Below, one piece after another: positions 39,391 to 50,538 of a stretch of DNA of 64,000 nucleotides (position 1 is its first letter; every line of letters begins with the position of its first letter). The stretch lies in the NCBI GenBank assembly GCA_010093605.1, contig MU004186.1:1716616-1780615 (forward strand), written 5' to 3'. Below the pieces are notes generated by a model that worked only from the letters and a program-made list of their open reading frames with translations, was not told where the DNA came from and ran no database searches. The position numbers and the translations under genes are program-made. Source of the DNA: Lophium mytilinum (lineage: Eukaryota).

Positions 39391-39469
39391 GCGTTGGGGT
39401 CTATGAAACCCAGTCGTGTACTTCAAGCACTCGTGGACGTCACATTGGATGGGATTTAACGTGATACTA

Positions 39470-39688
39470 AGCAGTGGTGTGGCCATGTGGTAGATATCAG
39501 GATGCTTGTTGACTAGACTATCGCCTGCCACCTAAGCCACCCCCGACAGCGATATCGAGCAAGTAAAAGCAGAGCCGGAGCAGTAGCGTGCCCGTGCAGC
39601 GTATATCAGGATGCCTCTTGTATGGACGACCGCCTGCTTGCTGAGCTACTTCTGACAGTGGTATCGAGCAAGCAAAAAGCAGGGCCGG
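39470..39688 (-). repeat. two tandem 109-bp units; inverted relative of 49575-49830
   Basis: Recurrent GATATCAGGATGC and ATCGAGCAAG-AAAAGCAG-GCCGG blocks spaced 109 bp apart. Confidence 0.8.
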
Positions 39689-40800
39689 GGTCTTCAACAA
39701 GAACGTATGCGACAAAGTGAACAGATGTAAGTGCTGTGCCGCGGTGTTCCAGAACGCCGCATAATTGATAGAACGGGGTCTAGCCTTGCGTTTGTATGAG
39801 ATGGCCCTCGATAGGAAACTGGACCGATTCTCTTCTCTTCTGTAGCAAATTGCTGAATCGCTTTAGGTGTATAATCAAGAACGGTGGTGCACGTGTTATT
39901 GTCTGTTGCCGGGTTGCCGGCTGCAGCCCTCCACAGCTGTCGCACTAGTAAAGCGGTAGACTACACTCATCTGCTTCTCCTTCTACACTCATCTGCTTCT
40001 CCTTTCCGATAGATGTTCTTCTTGAGGGCTTCCTTCTGTCCTGCCTGATTCAATAGCTCTTGAAGATTTACAGCTTTGGTTGGACTTCGTTTCTCTTCTC
40101 TAGGTTCCCTTACTTCCTCTTCTCTGGGCTTTCTTAGTTCCTCTAGTCCTAGGCTCCAGGATAGGCATTGATCGTTAACTGGTCCTGATTGGGAGCTGCA
40201 ACTGCCACAGGCAGTAATCCATGTGAAGGTAGTTGCAAATATCTCCATTACAACTGCGAATCTTGAAGTCTGTAGCGCCTCATACCATAGTTCCAATTCT
40301 AACGTTGGTGTCAATGGCAGAGAGATTGTATTTCCCTCGCGGCGAAGGGTGTGGAATAACGCCTCTACAATAAACACGAGGAATTGATGACTATCTTGTT
40401 GTTTCTTGGGCGGCCATTTTCCTAGCTGCCTATATGCCTCCAGGAGCGGAACGATATTACCGGGCTGAAAGTTTCCAGGTTGGGAGTTTCCAGGCAGGGA
40501 GTTTCCATACGTGTCGATAAGAAGCTGTGAAAGGAGCCCTGGACATTCTAACAGCTCCTTTTGGTGCTCGCGAAAGAGTAGTGAAATAGAAGATGGTAGG
40601 TCCAGTTCGTTGTCATCCATAACTCTAGCGAACTTCCATTGTCCTGTCGATCATTAAGTTCTGGAGGGGTCTTCGTAAAACCTGAAGGACTGCGCTGGCG
40701 TACTAATCATGCTAGTTAGCTACCGCAAGTTGCGTAGACTTTGTTCCACTTACGCTTGTGTTGCATTCGTTCTTGATGCCTGAGACGGGAAGATCGTTTA
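39660..40800 (-). pseudogene. degenerate ubiquitin-specific protease (peptidase C19)
   Basis: GIKNECNTS|YASAVLQ (Cys box across a 51-nt intron), QQDSHQFL, CGSC and CDSC, PPFLIIHLKRF, VQFP, YQLCGVLEHRG...VHFVAYV; carries stops, a frameshift and a 22-bp duplication. Confidence 0.8.
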
Positions 40801-40864
40801 CAGTGAACCCGCCTTCGCTGCCTATCACCGCGATATGAGAATTCAGTCTCCCCGAATATATTTT

Positions 40865-42950
40865 ACGAATCCCCGCTCTTGAAGCTTTGTGATCTGAAAG
40901 ACGAATAGGCTCAGGGGGGCTATCTATTGCTCCCGCCACTATCAAAACGTGCGAATGTTTCAATCAATTTCAAAACATCAAGATTATGAGATACAGATCT
41001 CGAGTCTCTTTCCCTACCTCCGGCTTACAAGATCCCGCCCTTAAGATCTTCTAATTTGAAAAATACATACATCAAGGGCGCCATCCAGTGCTTCCACTAC
41101 TGTCAAAATGGATGGCCGTTCCAAATGAGTTCGAGAGTTCAAAATCTTGAACCCAAATCTAAGCCTCGTGCGATGTCAAGGGCTTCGACAGCATGTTTGA
41201 GGAGGAATGGTGCCGTTGTGGGGAGGGTTTTCGGCCTGCTCATGGTTACGAGCTCTCGCTCCTAACATCTCGTGATCTGAAAGATTAATAGGTCAAGGGG
41301 ATCATCTAGTGCTTCCACAGCCATCAAAACGTACTGATGTTCCACTTGGTTTCGAGACTTCAAAACTTTGGAATCCAAATCTCGATCCCCTTTTCTTGTC
41401 TCCAGCTTGAGAGCTCCCGCTCTTGACATCTCGTGTTTTCACAGTCGTATAGGCCAGGAGGGCCATCATGTGCTTCCAATACCGCCAAAATGTACTGCCC
41501 TTTAGATCCAGTTCACGCTTTGAGATTTCCACACTCCCGAGCGCGACGTCTTTCCCACACCTTCAGATCACGACCTCCCGCTCTTGACATCTCGTGATTT
41601 CAAAGTTGTATAGGCCAGGGGGACTATCCAGTGCTTCTAATACTGGCAAAGAGTACTTCCCATTTATTCCAAAATTAAGCATCGTGACATTTCAACCTCC
41701 GGGTCGGAACCTCTCCCGCATGGCCTCAATCTACAGCCTCCAGCTCTTGACATCGTATAAACCTTTACGCTAGATAGGCCAGGGGCGCCATCCAGCATTA
41801 TTCCCGCCCGCAGCAGCAATAGCGACACCTTGTCGATTCATAAAGCCAAGTTTCTAAGCCTGAAAACACGTCTCCTTTGCCACTCCCGTAATTTACACCT
41901 TCCAGCCCTTAACATCTTGTGATCCTCGAAGCCAGATAGGCCAGGAGCGTCATCCAGCCCTATTACACCCTGCAGCATCGAGAGCAGAATCCTTCCGACC
42001 TTCCCGAGGCTGTCCAGGAAGCGGCATCACTTTGCCGTGGAATTGAAACCACTCGTCGGGCTGGAGAGTCAGTCCGAGACGACCTTCTGCACTTCGGTTA
42101 ACTATAAGTGGCTTCCTATCTGTTGCCCTCAGAGTCGCACACAGCCACTTAAGGCCCGTTTTCGTTTTCGCCTCTTCAGCCGCTTCCGCCTGTAAGTACC
42201 ACGGATGTGCGGTTTTCCCTTTCTTTGCCTGTGTCTCCATGTTCAAGTCGCCTGTCAAGAGACGATCTCCTATGGCCAGTAAGAGGCCTTTCTGCATGCC
42301 CGGCAATTCAAGAAGCCAAGCCTCTGGGCCTGGAAAACGCGTACCCCTTTTCCACACCCCTAATTCACACCTTCCAGCTCTTGACATCTTGGAAACCTTG
42401 AGGCCGAATAGGCCAGGGGCACCATCCAGCACTATTACAGGCCGCAGCAGCAATAGTAACACCCTTCTGATTCACGGGCCTATGTCTCCGGGCCCGAAAA
42501 TGCCTTCCCCTTTTCGCACACCTAATCTACAGCCTCCAGCTCTTGACATCGTCTACTTCTCGAGGCCAGATAGGCCAGGGGAGCCATCCGGCACTATCAC
42601 ACCCCGCAGCAGCAATGGTAATAGCCCTCCAATTCTTACCTTGAAGCAATCCGACCCCAAAACAGCCCCCCCTTTTCCTCACTCCAAGGTTACACCCTCC
42701 AGCTCTTGACATCTCGTAAACCTCAAGTTCGAATAGGCCTGGAGCGCCTCCAGTACTATCACACCCCGCAACGGCAACAGCAATAGCCCTCCAATTCCCA
42801 CCTTGAAGCAATCCGACCCCACAACACCTATCCCTTTTCCTCCCTCTAGACTCACAGCCTCACAACCATTACATCACGCATTTTCAAAGCCGCATACGCA
42901 GGAGGTACCACGCAAGACTATCACTGCACGCAGCAGCGACGGTCCTACTC
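40865..42950. repeat. degenerate tandem array, unit about 162 bp, about 11 units
   Basis: Core CTCTTGACATC-N~20-ATAGGCCAGGGG-N-CATCCAG recurs at about 40876, 41038, 41260, 41420, 41581, 41744, 41907, 42378, 42540, 42703 and 42865. Confidence 0.9.
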
Positions 42951-43281
42951 TCAGATTTCCATTATCAAGCCCCCAGAACTCCGAAAACACCACCCAAATC
43001 TCACCCCTCCCAGTACCGAATTTTCCGCCCACCAAAACCTCTCGAAGCCGCCCCAATGCACCGTCCCAGCACCCAAAACTCCGGAAAAACCCCCCCAAAT
43101 CAGTCGTCGGTAGTCGTTGTCGTCGTCAGCGTTGTTCAAATCGTCCCCAATTCCGCAGTAGTTTTCCGCACACCGTCAATCCGTTGAATCCCCTCCAATG
43201 TCCGAAACAGCTTTCAAAACTCCTCCCCCAGGCTCCTGATCTCGGCCCTCTTTCCTGATGTCGTCGGCAGCACCCTTCGAA

Positions 43282-43752
43282 TCACTCGTCGTAGCTCCAG
43301 TCACTGCTGCCTTCGCGGGTGGGGGCCGAGGGTTCGTCCCAGTCGCGGCGGCGGCGGGCAGGGGGAGGGGACTGATGCTCTGAGTCGCGGCGGACTGGCG
43401 AGCGCGAGCGGCGGCGGCGGTTCTGCAGCTGGGCGCGGAGGCGGCGAACCTCAGCCCGCAGGGCCAGGCGATCTTGGACGAGGCGCCTAATCTCGGCCTC
43501 GCGGTTTCGGAGGGCAATGGCCATGCCTTGCCTCTCGTACTCCCGCGCGGCTGCGAGATAGGCCACCGCGTCCAAGCGGTCCCTGAGCCCTGCGAGCTCG
43601 GCCTGGATAGGCTCGCGTCCTGGTGGCGGCGGTGGGAGCTGCTGCTGCTGCTGCTGCTGCTGAGGAGGAGGCGGTGGTGGCGGCGGCGGTGGTGGTGGTG
43701 GCGCGCCGGCGGCCTCGTCCACGGGCTCTTGCTTGATTGGACGGCCCGTCAT
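43282..43752 (-). CDS. orphan 156-aa protein with polyP/polyQ tract, coiled coil and Arg/Ser-rich tail
   Basis: CAAGATG start context, intact GC-rich ORF, heptad-like segment LRNREAEIRRLVQDRLALRAEVRRLRAQL. Confidence 0.55.
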   Translation of the reverse strand: MTGRPIKQEPVDEAAGAPPPPPPPPPPPPPQQQQQQQQLPPPPPGREPIQAELAGLRDRLDAVAYLAAAREYERQGMAIALRNREAEIRRLVQDRLALRAEVRRLRAQLQNRRRRSRSPVRRDSEHQSPPPARRRRDWDEPSAPTREGSSDWSYDE

Positions 43753-46700
43753 CTTGAATTGGGCGAGCTGGGCGTGTGGGTTGGTGTGGTGTTGCGCGGT
43801 GGGGGGTGGCTGGACGAGGTTCTGTACGTCGCAGTGATGTTGTGATGGCGCGAAGAAGAGAAAAGTAGCAGCAGAGGCTTGGAGAAAAGGGACACAAAAC
43901 GCACGGACCTCGGTCCAGTAGCGACTTTGCTGCCTTCAACCCCTCAAAGCAGTAGGAAAACCAGTGTCCTAGAGCTCGTGAAGCAGGAGGCAAAACAGAG
44001 CAGCTCCTCCAGATGAAGCCAGATCAGATAAAATGTGACCCTGCAGCGTGAACAGGGTTACACCGTCAGGATGGCCATGAGGGTCCAAAAACAAAAACAA
44101 AAGAGAATTGGACCCCCAGGGAGTTGAACCCAGGTTCTTCCATGTTATCCAACTGGCTAACCAACTGCCCATGGATATGCTAACCGACTACACCAAGGCC
44201 CTTGCATTTTGAATTGGGAGCCTGCCAGAAAATGACGGTATATGCATATGTTATCCCGGAAGTGTCCTGGATTCCCAATGGATTTTGTATAAGACGGCGG
44301 GCGGTCACCTTGGGCTTAACCACCTCTCCTCCACAACACCAACACATCAACCACCTCTTGCAGCTCTTCAACGCCACGCATGCTGCGCTCGTGTGGCCCA
44401 CCCCGTCAACACAAGACAACGAACATCCTCACCTTGTCTGCACAAGGCCAGCACCGGGTGCTAGAGCTACCAGGACCACCTCAGACCCGAGCCACACGCT
44501 ACGGATGCTCAACCCCGCATCAAGTCTTCATATCGCGTGGACCGTGTTGAAAGTCTGCAGGGGCAGTAGTGCTTCCTAGGGTCTCCTGGCCATTGCGAGG
44601 GTAGAGGTTTCCGGGTGTCAAGGTCCAAACTCTTCATATGGCGCTCAAGGCTGCTCCATGAAGCATTGGACGGATTGAATATTTCTTACTCTCCTGAATC
44701 TCCTTTGCGTTTCTGTTCCGGAATTTCTTCCTTATCCGATGCTTCTTCTTCCACTCGTCAATCTTTCTGTCTTTCTTTCTTTCTTCATGAACTTCTAACT
44801 AGATTGGATGGAAGTGGATGTACGGGAATTGTCTGTATGACATGAAGAAAGCTGACTCAAGGAAGATAGAATTGAAGGTAAAAGGAAATCAACTAAAGAA
44901 AATGTATACCTATTGCACAGCGTACTAAGGGGATTTCAGACTAAAAGCATTACTAAAGCAGCGAGTTCTAAAGGAGTATTGCTTGATCAAAGTCATTAAA
45001 TGAGACGTCGGCTGCAATTTCAAACCACGGATGTTACAGTGGCTACGAGAGGTTGGGGGTCGAGGTCCAGGGGGTCTACATGAGCGACCCCTCATTGTCC
45101 TAGGGATACGTTGGGCATACCACAATAAAGCTATGCCATGCATGAAATGGCCATCCATGACAAGCTGTGGTTATCCCGAGCCATATGCTGTCCAGAGTGG
45201 GTCCAATCCTAAGGACCGTGTCGAAGATTTATTTCAGCGACCGCTTCTTGGGGTCCCCTGCGTCGTTCCGTAAGAAACTCTTGGGCACCACATGTAGAAT
45301 CTTGTACTTGACTTGAGTTTCGCGTCTCGGAAGGCACGGTGCCACGGGTCGGTTCGCCATTATGGAAGCATGCTTAGAGCATCGCATGTCATACTCACAA
45401 TCTCACCTGGGGCGAGAACGCTTGCGCGCACAGCAGCTGATGGAAGACATGCTGGAAGAGCGGACTAGCAAACATTGCGCAGATGAAGGCCCCGAAGAAA
45501 ATAATGATGGCCCATCAACGCGTTGCGGAATGCAAAACAGTCGGACAGGCCGCCAGGGTTGTCTAAGGCAGTTGCCCTTTCGCATGTGGTCATCCAAGCC
45601 AATCTACAAGTGCTGGTGTGGCCATGGTGGCCTACGACGGTCGTCGCCCACAAGCCTAGCCGATATGGATGACACAGTGCGACCGATGTCGAAAAGCGCC
45701 GCACATTCGTTATATCGCATAGCCCCAGGCCCTTGTTGTAGATGTCTTCCTCGCGTTGTTGTCGATGCTATCGGTCGGCGGGCATGGCGGAGAGAATCAT
45801 GGCTAGCGCGGTCGCAGTCGCAGCATTGAATCGGTAGGGAGCGACCAGTATTGTGAAGTTCGAGAGGGGTAAATCTCTATGGACACAGAGCTTTTCTAAC
45901 GTCAGTAGCTGGGGTGTCTTTGCGATGGTGTTGTGGCTCTGGGCAGCGGACGGAAGTCGTCGATGCTGGGGCTCATCGCCACAGGACTTCAGCATCGTTC
46001 GACCATGGCCCGCTGGGAGCTGGCGCGCTGAGGATGCCTTCTTAGGTTGTTCCTGGTACAGTGAGGCGCGCTGCTGCTGATGTTTAACGAACAGCTGAGA
46101 CGCGCAAGAGCTGCGAGCTGGGTGTTGTTCGCCTCAAAGATCAGTCAGGGAGGGGCATTATATGGCTACGAGATGGATGACTGCCACGGGATCACCGTAG
46201 GCAAGCCTTGACCCTCATCGTAATGATGGGAGAATAGAGAAGGATGCTGGATGTTGGCGAGCGGAGTGGTGTTGAGTGAGAGGTTGCGGGAGAGAGAGTG
46301 TCGACGTTGATTTGATGCTTGGCTCCCCACCCCTGTTTTTGCTTCTCCCTAGTACGCGAGACCCAGCAGCGGACTTCCAATCGACATCAAAGTCAAAGGA
46401 AGCATCATGTACGCTTTATCATGATGGACATTCATGGGCGCGCCTGCCTGTATGCTAACAGTGCTGTTCCTTTAGGCATAACGCGACTGAGGTCATCAGC
46501 ATGGCACCCGCAAGCTATCTGCGGCTTCACAGCATGCAGCCATCGCCACCCCTTGCCGGTCTCTTCAGAGCATGGGAAATGGTATCCGGATCCATATCAG
46601 GGAATGACAGAAGCAGGCGGGCATGCTCCTGCAGCTCTTACAGAAGATAGCTGAGCGGCCGTACTCTACGGGCATCGCGCAGCGAAACTTGAACCAGAGC

Positions 46701-46881
46701 ATCGGCTGCTTCTGGTAATGGGAGAGGATGATTGCGCGCACCCCCCCAGGAGGAGTTTGACCAGAAGATCTCAAATGCACGCATTGTTACAACGAACCAT
46801 TTTCTGATTGCTCCAGATTTCGAGCTAGAGCTACATATTTTCGAAATGACAGTGTAGATCCGCCTTTACCATATCCCCAAA

Positions 46882-48821
46882 TCATTCGAACACGTCGCTC
46901 ACATACCGCTCCTCCCTCTGCTGATCCAGCCACTCCCCGGCATCCTCCTGAGTCTTCCCAGGGTTCTTCTCCAACCAGATCTTTTTACAAACATCCCCCG
47001 TACTCTTCGCCAGCTTGTCCGCACTTCCGCACAAGAGAATCTTCGCGCCATCACGGAACAAGTTCGCCAATTCCTCCCGCTCATTCCATATCCTCTCCGG
47101 AACATACTCTTGATGCCCCCATGGCCCTGCCTTTGAGAACGCTGGCCGTACCGACATGACCCATGCATCCTCCCACGTCTTCAGCTCGTCCGAATATATG
47201 AGATCTTTCTCGTAATGCCGACATCCGAAATACAGTATGGCAGGACCTAGCTCTTGCTGCTTTGCCGCGGCGATAGCGGCTCGCTCTTGGATGAATCCGC
47301 GCATTGGGGCGATACCTGTGCCCGCGGCGATCATGATAACCAAAGTCTTTGGGTCCGGAGGGAGGTGGAAAGCGACCTGGGTCGGCTTCACATAGCAGCG
47401 GATCTTGTCGCCTGGCCCATCACCGAATGCCTTGAACGAGTTAGGAGGAAGTCTTTCATAACCTCCATCGAGGAATCTTTCCGGTCTGAACTTGTCAGCA
47501 CCATCACCCCAGACCCTTCGATCGTGATGGAATGTTTTCAAATTGCAGAATATTTGCATACTGGGGTCCACTTGGTATTTGCCTCTAAGCTTTGTTGGCT
47601 CAATTGCGTGTTTTACGAGGAGACCGATAGGTCCAAGGTAGCGCAGAGTTTCAAAAATAGCAGCTTTGACATATTTGAGCTTTGGAAGATGCTGAGCTTC
47701 CAGAGCGTTATCTCCAAGCACTTCATCGATTTCTTTCTGCGCAGCTAGAAGCTTGCCCGGGTGGCTCAAGAGGTTGTAAAATAGGAATGCTAGGGTGCCA
47801 CTTGTGGTTTCATGTCCAGCAACCTTCTATGCATCAGTTTCCCAAGGATAGCCAATTTGAGATCTAGGATTATTACCAAAAACGTGACCATGTTGTAGCG
47901 AATATTCTCATCAGTCATTCCCTCGCCAGTCTCGGGGTCTTTTCCGTTCAACATGGCATTCCAAAGGTCGTTCGCGTTTGGCTGAGTATGCGCTTTCCTG
48001 TCTGCAATAATGTCATCACATACCTTGTGCATAGCAGTGATATTTTCTTCTGTATTCGCAGCCGACCAAATTCGCAGTTTGTTGCCGTTGGAAAGCCTGT
48101 TCGCCCGTTTGCCAGATTCGACCAGACCATCCACCATTTGATGGGCAAATGGATGCATATCTTCGGAATAGAACTCGTTGAAACGGTACCTAAAGGCGCA
48201 AAGTCCGATGGTATCCAGAGCGGGCCTGTACTCAGATGTTAGGTCACAACAGTTTAGCCACAATCTTGGAGTACTTATTGTGAAGTCATCGGCCGTCAAT
48301 ATGTCATGATCCCGGCCGAGACGGTCCCATTTTAGGATCATTTGAGATGCTATGTCCATCATTTCGGGGAGCATCTATGTCGGTCAGTAAAAACAGCCGA
48401 ATTGCCTAGGAAAGAGTACGTATGTACCTTCCGAATGCCCATAGGACCAAAGACAGGCATCAGAATGCGGTGTGCAACGCCCCAATTCTATAATGGTCAG
48501 ATACAGTGAATTTGCGACTGTGCCAATTGAAGACTCACATGTTCGCCGGGATAAGCAGTGAAAAGGCCATCTTTGTCAAGGCACGAATTTCCTCCAAAGG
48601 GCCCTTGACTACCTTTCGAACCTATTCAGATCACATAGCTCGTTGACTAAGTCATGCGAAGAACAGACGACAACCTTGCGGCCTGGAAGGTCCAGTTGGA
48701 AGATGTCACCATAGATCTCTGCAAACTTCCAGAAAGAACTGGTCACAAAGGTCGGATCAATATCGGCTGCGTTACCAATGATGAAACGACTAGGAGACTG
48801 TGGAATGGGTTCCGTCATCAT
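46882..48821 (-). pseudogene. CYP505-type fused P450:NADPH-P450 reductase pseudogene with large internal deletion
   Basis: DGLFTA, AGHETT, ETLR, FRPERF and FKAFGDG joined directly to PGDKI...AGTGIAPMRGF...YFGCR...RYVSDVF; two 1-nt deletions near 48590-48615. Confidence 0.9.
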
Positions 48822-49574
48822 CGAGAGGATCATTCAGATCTCATAGCAAATTGAACTAATAGAATAGATAGGAAAGACAAGCAAAGATAATAGGCAGAGC
48901 GGGGCTGTTGACCTTACGCTACACAGTCTACATTCCCACTGGGCATTCCAGTGCTCAAGCTACGGACTCGTCTAGGTTGATCCTGGTACCATTCTCGTAC
49001 GATGATCGTCTATGCATACTCCTCCCCTTCGATCAATAGAATGGCAATGTCCACGACGTTACTTTAGCGGCGGTGTCATACAGCTGGGTATTAATAGCCA
49101 GTTAAAGCGTAGTTGGGCATGGCACTGCTGATTAAACGCATCGACGAGTTCAAACTTTCTTAGTAATGATATGCAAGCTGGGAGTCAGCTCAAACCTTGG
49201 GCCTCAGCGCAACGACCGGGACCCGTAATAGGCCCCTGCAGACTTACAGATGTGTCAACGTATTAATAACATGCATGTAAGAGATTCAGGTCTCATCTCT
49301 AGAGCTTCGCTGGTCACCAGTGGAGTCGTAGAGCCTTGAAATTCACGTTAGCTTGAAGGATATAAGGGCTAACATGGTTACCCTTGACATGATCTAACTT
49401 ACTTTCATCGGATCCTGCCATCTAAGACAGCGTAGGTGACACTATTCAAAAGCTTGGAAATAGAACACATACTCTTGTGGGGCATTACAGCTGGCTCTCT
49501 ACTTACATCTCACTACAATCTCAGTTGAATTTCCTTTCCGGACGCCAGGTAGGAGCACCCGAATATCAAGCTAC

Positions 49575-49830
49575 ATGAGCTTCACTTTTGCCTGCTTAAT
49601 GCCGCTGTCGGGAGTGGTCGAGCTGGCGGGCGATCGTTTTGTCAACAGGTATCCCAATCGCCATTGCTTGGCCCTACTATTGCCTAGGCTTTGCTGTTGC
49701 TTGCTCAATACCACTGTCAGAAATAGTTTAGCTAGCAGGCGGAAGTCCAATCAAGAGGCATCCTGATATACGCTGCATGGACCCGCTACAGCTCAGGCTC
49801 TGCTTTGCGTGTTCGATAACGCTGTCGGAG
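49575..49830 (+). repeat. about 2.3 tandem 109-bp units; inverted relative of 39470-39688
   Basis: TGCTTGCTCAATACCACTGTCAGAA...CAAGAGGCATCCTGATATACGCTGCA closely matches the reverse complement of about 39595-39675. Confidence 0.8.
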
Positions 49831-50010
49831 CGGATAATGATATCCACCTCTCTTTACACGAATCCTTGGGCCGTCAGGGACAATCACAGTGACTGACGCC
49901 CCAGGCCTATCTGATGCATGATGTAAAAATTAGAGGTTCGAAACGGAGCTCGAGTATTCGGGATTGGTGTTTTGTTACTAAAAAGACTCGACTCATGGAT
50001 TAGACTGTAA

Positions 50011-50538
50011 CTGCCGTGGAACTCAACAGCATCGAAAGCACCGGATAGTCCCCCCAGTCCATTCATCTTTGCATCGACGCGATGTAAAGAGCTCGAGGCT
50101 GGAAAATATTTGAGGAGGCGTGATTTTGCTAATGGGGCTGGTGAGGATGAGGACAAGGATGACGAGAACAAGAATAATGACGAAGAAGCGGAACCCTAGA
50201 CCTACGAATACAAACTTCTTGATGTAGAAAAGGGCCAGCTAAGCATGAAAGGGCAGCTTTAAAAGAAGTACGCGGAGATCCTAAGTCTTCGTCCGGCGTT
50301 CAAAGCGGAAGAAGCCTATCGTTAAAAGATCATCAGGTTTGGCGCCGGAGCTGCTAGACTCAACACCGCTATGGCAAAACATGCCCTGGGTCCAGAAGCA
50401 CACGGTCTCGATAAGTTCCTAGGCGAAGGCGGTCAATTATTCCACTGTCCCGGCGGTGTTCTAAAAGCCTTAAAATTTATGATTCGAAGTCTGTGTTTAG
50501 ATACCTTAACAATTCGAGCAGTGATTCTGACGATATGA
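50011..50538 (+). pseudogene. possible decayed ORF of unknown function
   Basis: One frame reads as protein-like for about 175 codons, including an acidic tract (EDEDKDDENKNNDEEAE), with three internal TAG/TAA stops. Confidence 0.3.

Noticed and set aside
40865..42950. CRISPR-like repeat-spacer array
   Set aside because: The context is eukaryotic with no cas genes, the repeats are degenerate, and the intervening sequences align with each other, so this is a tandem repeat.
43990..46850. Many short ORFs; searched for transposase, reverse transcriptase or tyrosine-recombinase (Starship captain) remnants
   Set aside because: No recognisable catalytic motifs by eye; left unannotated.
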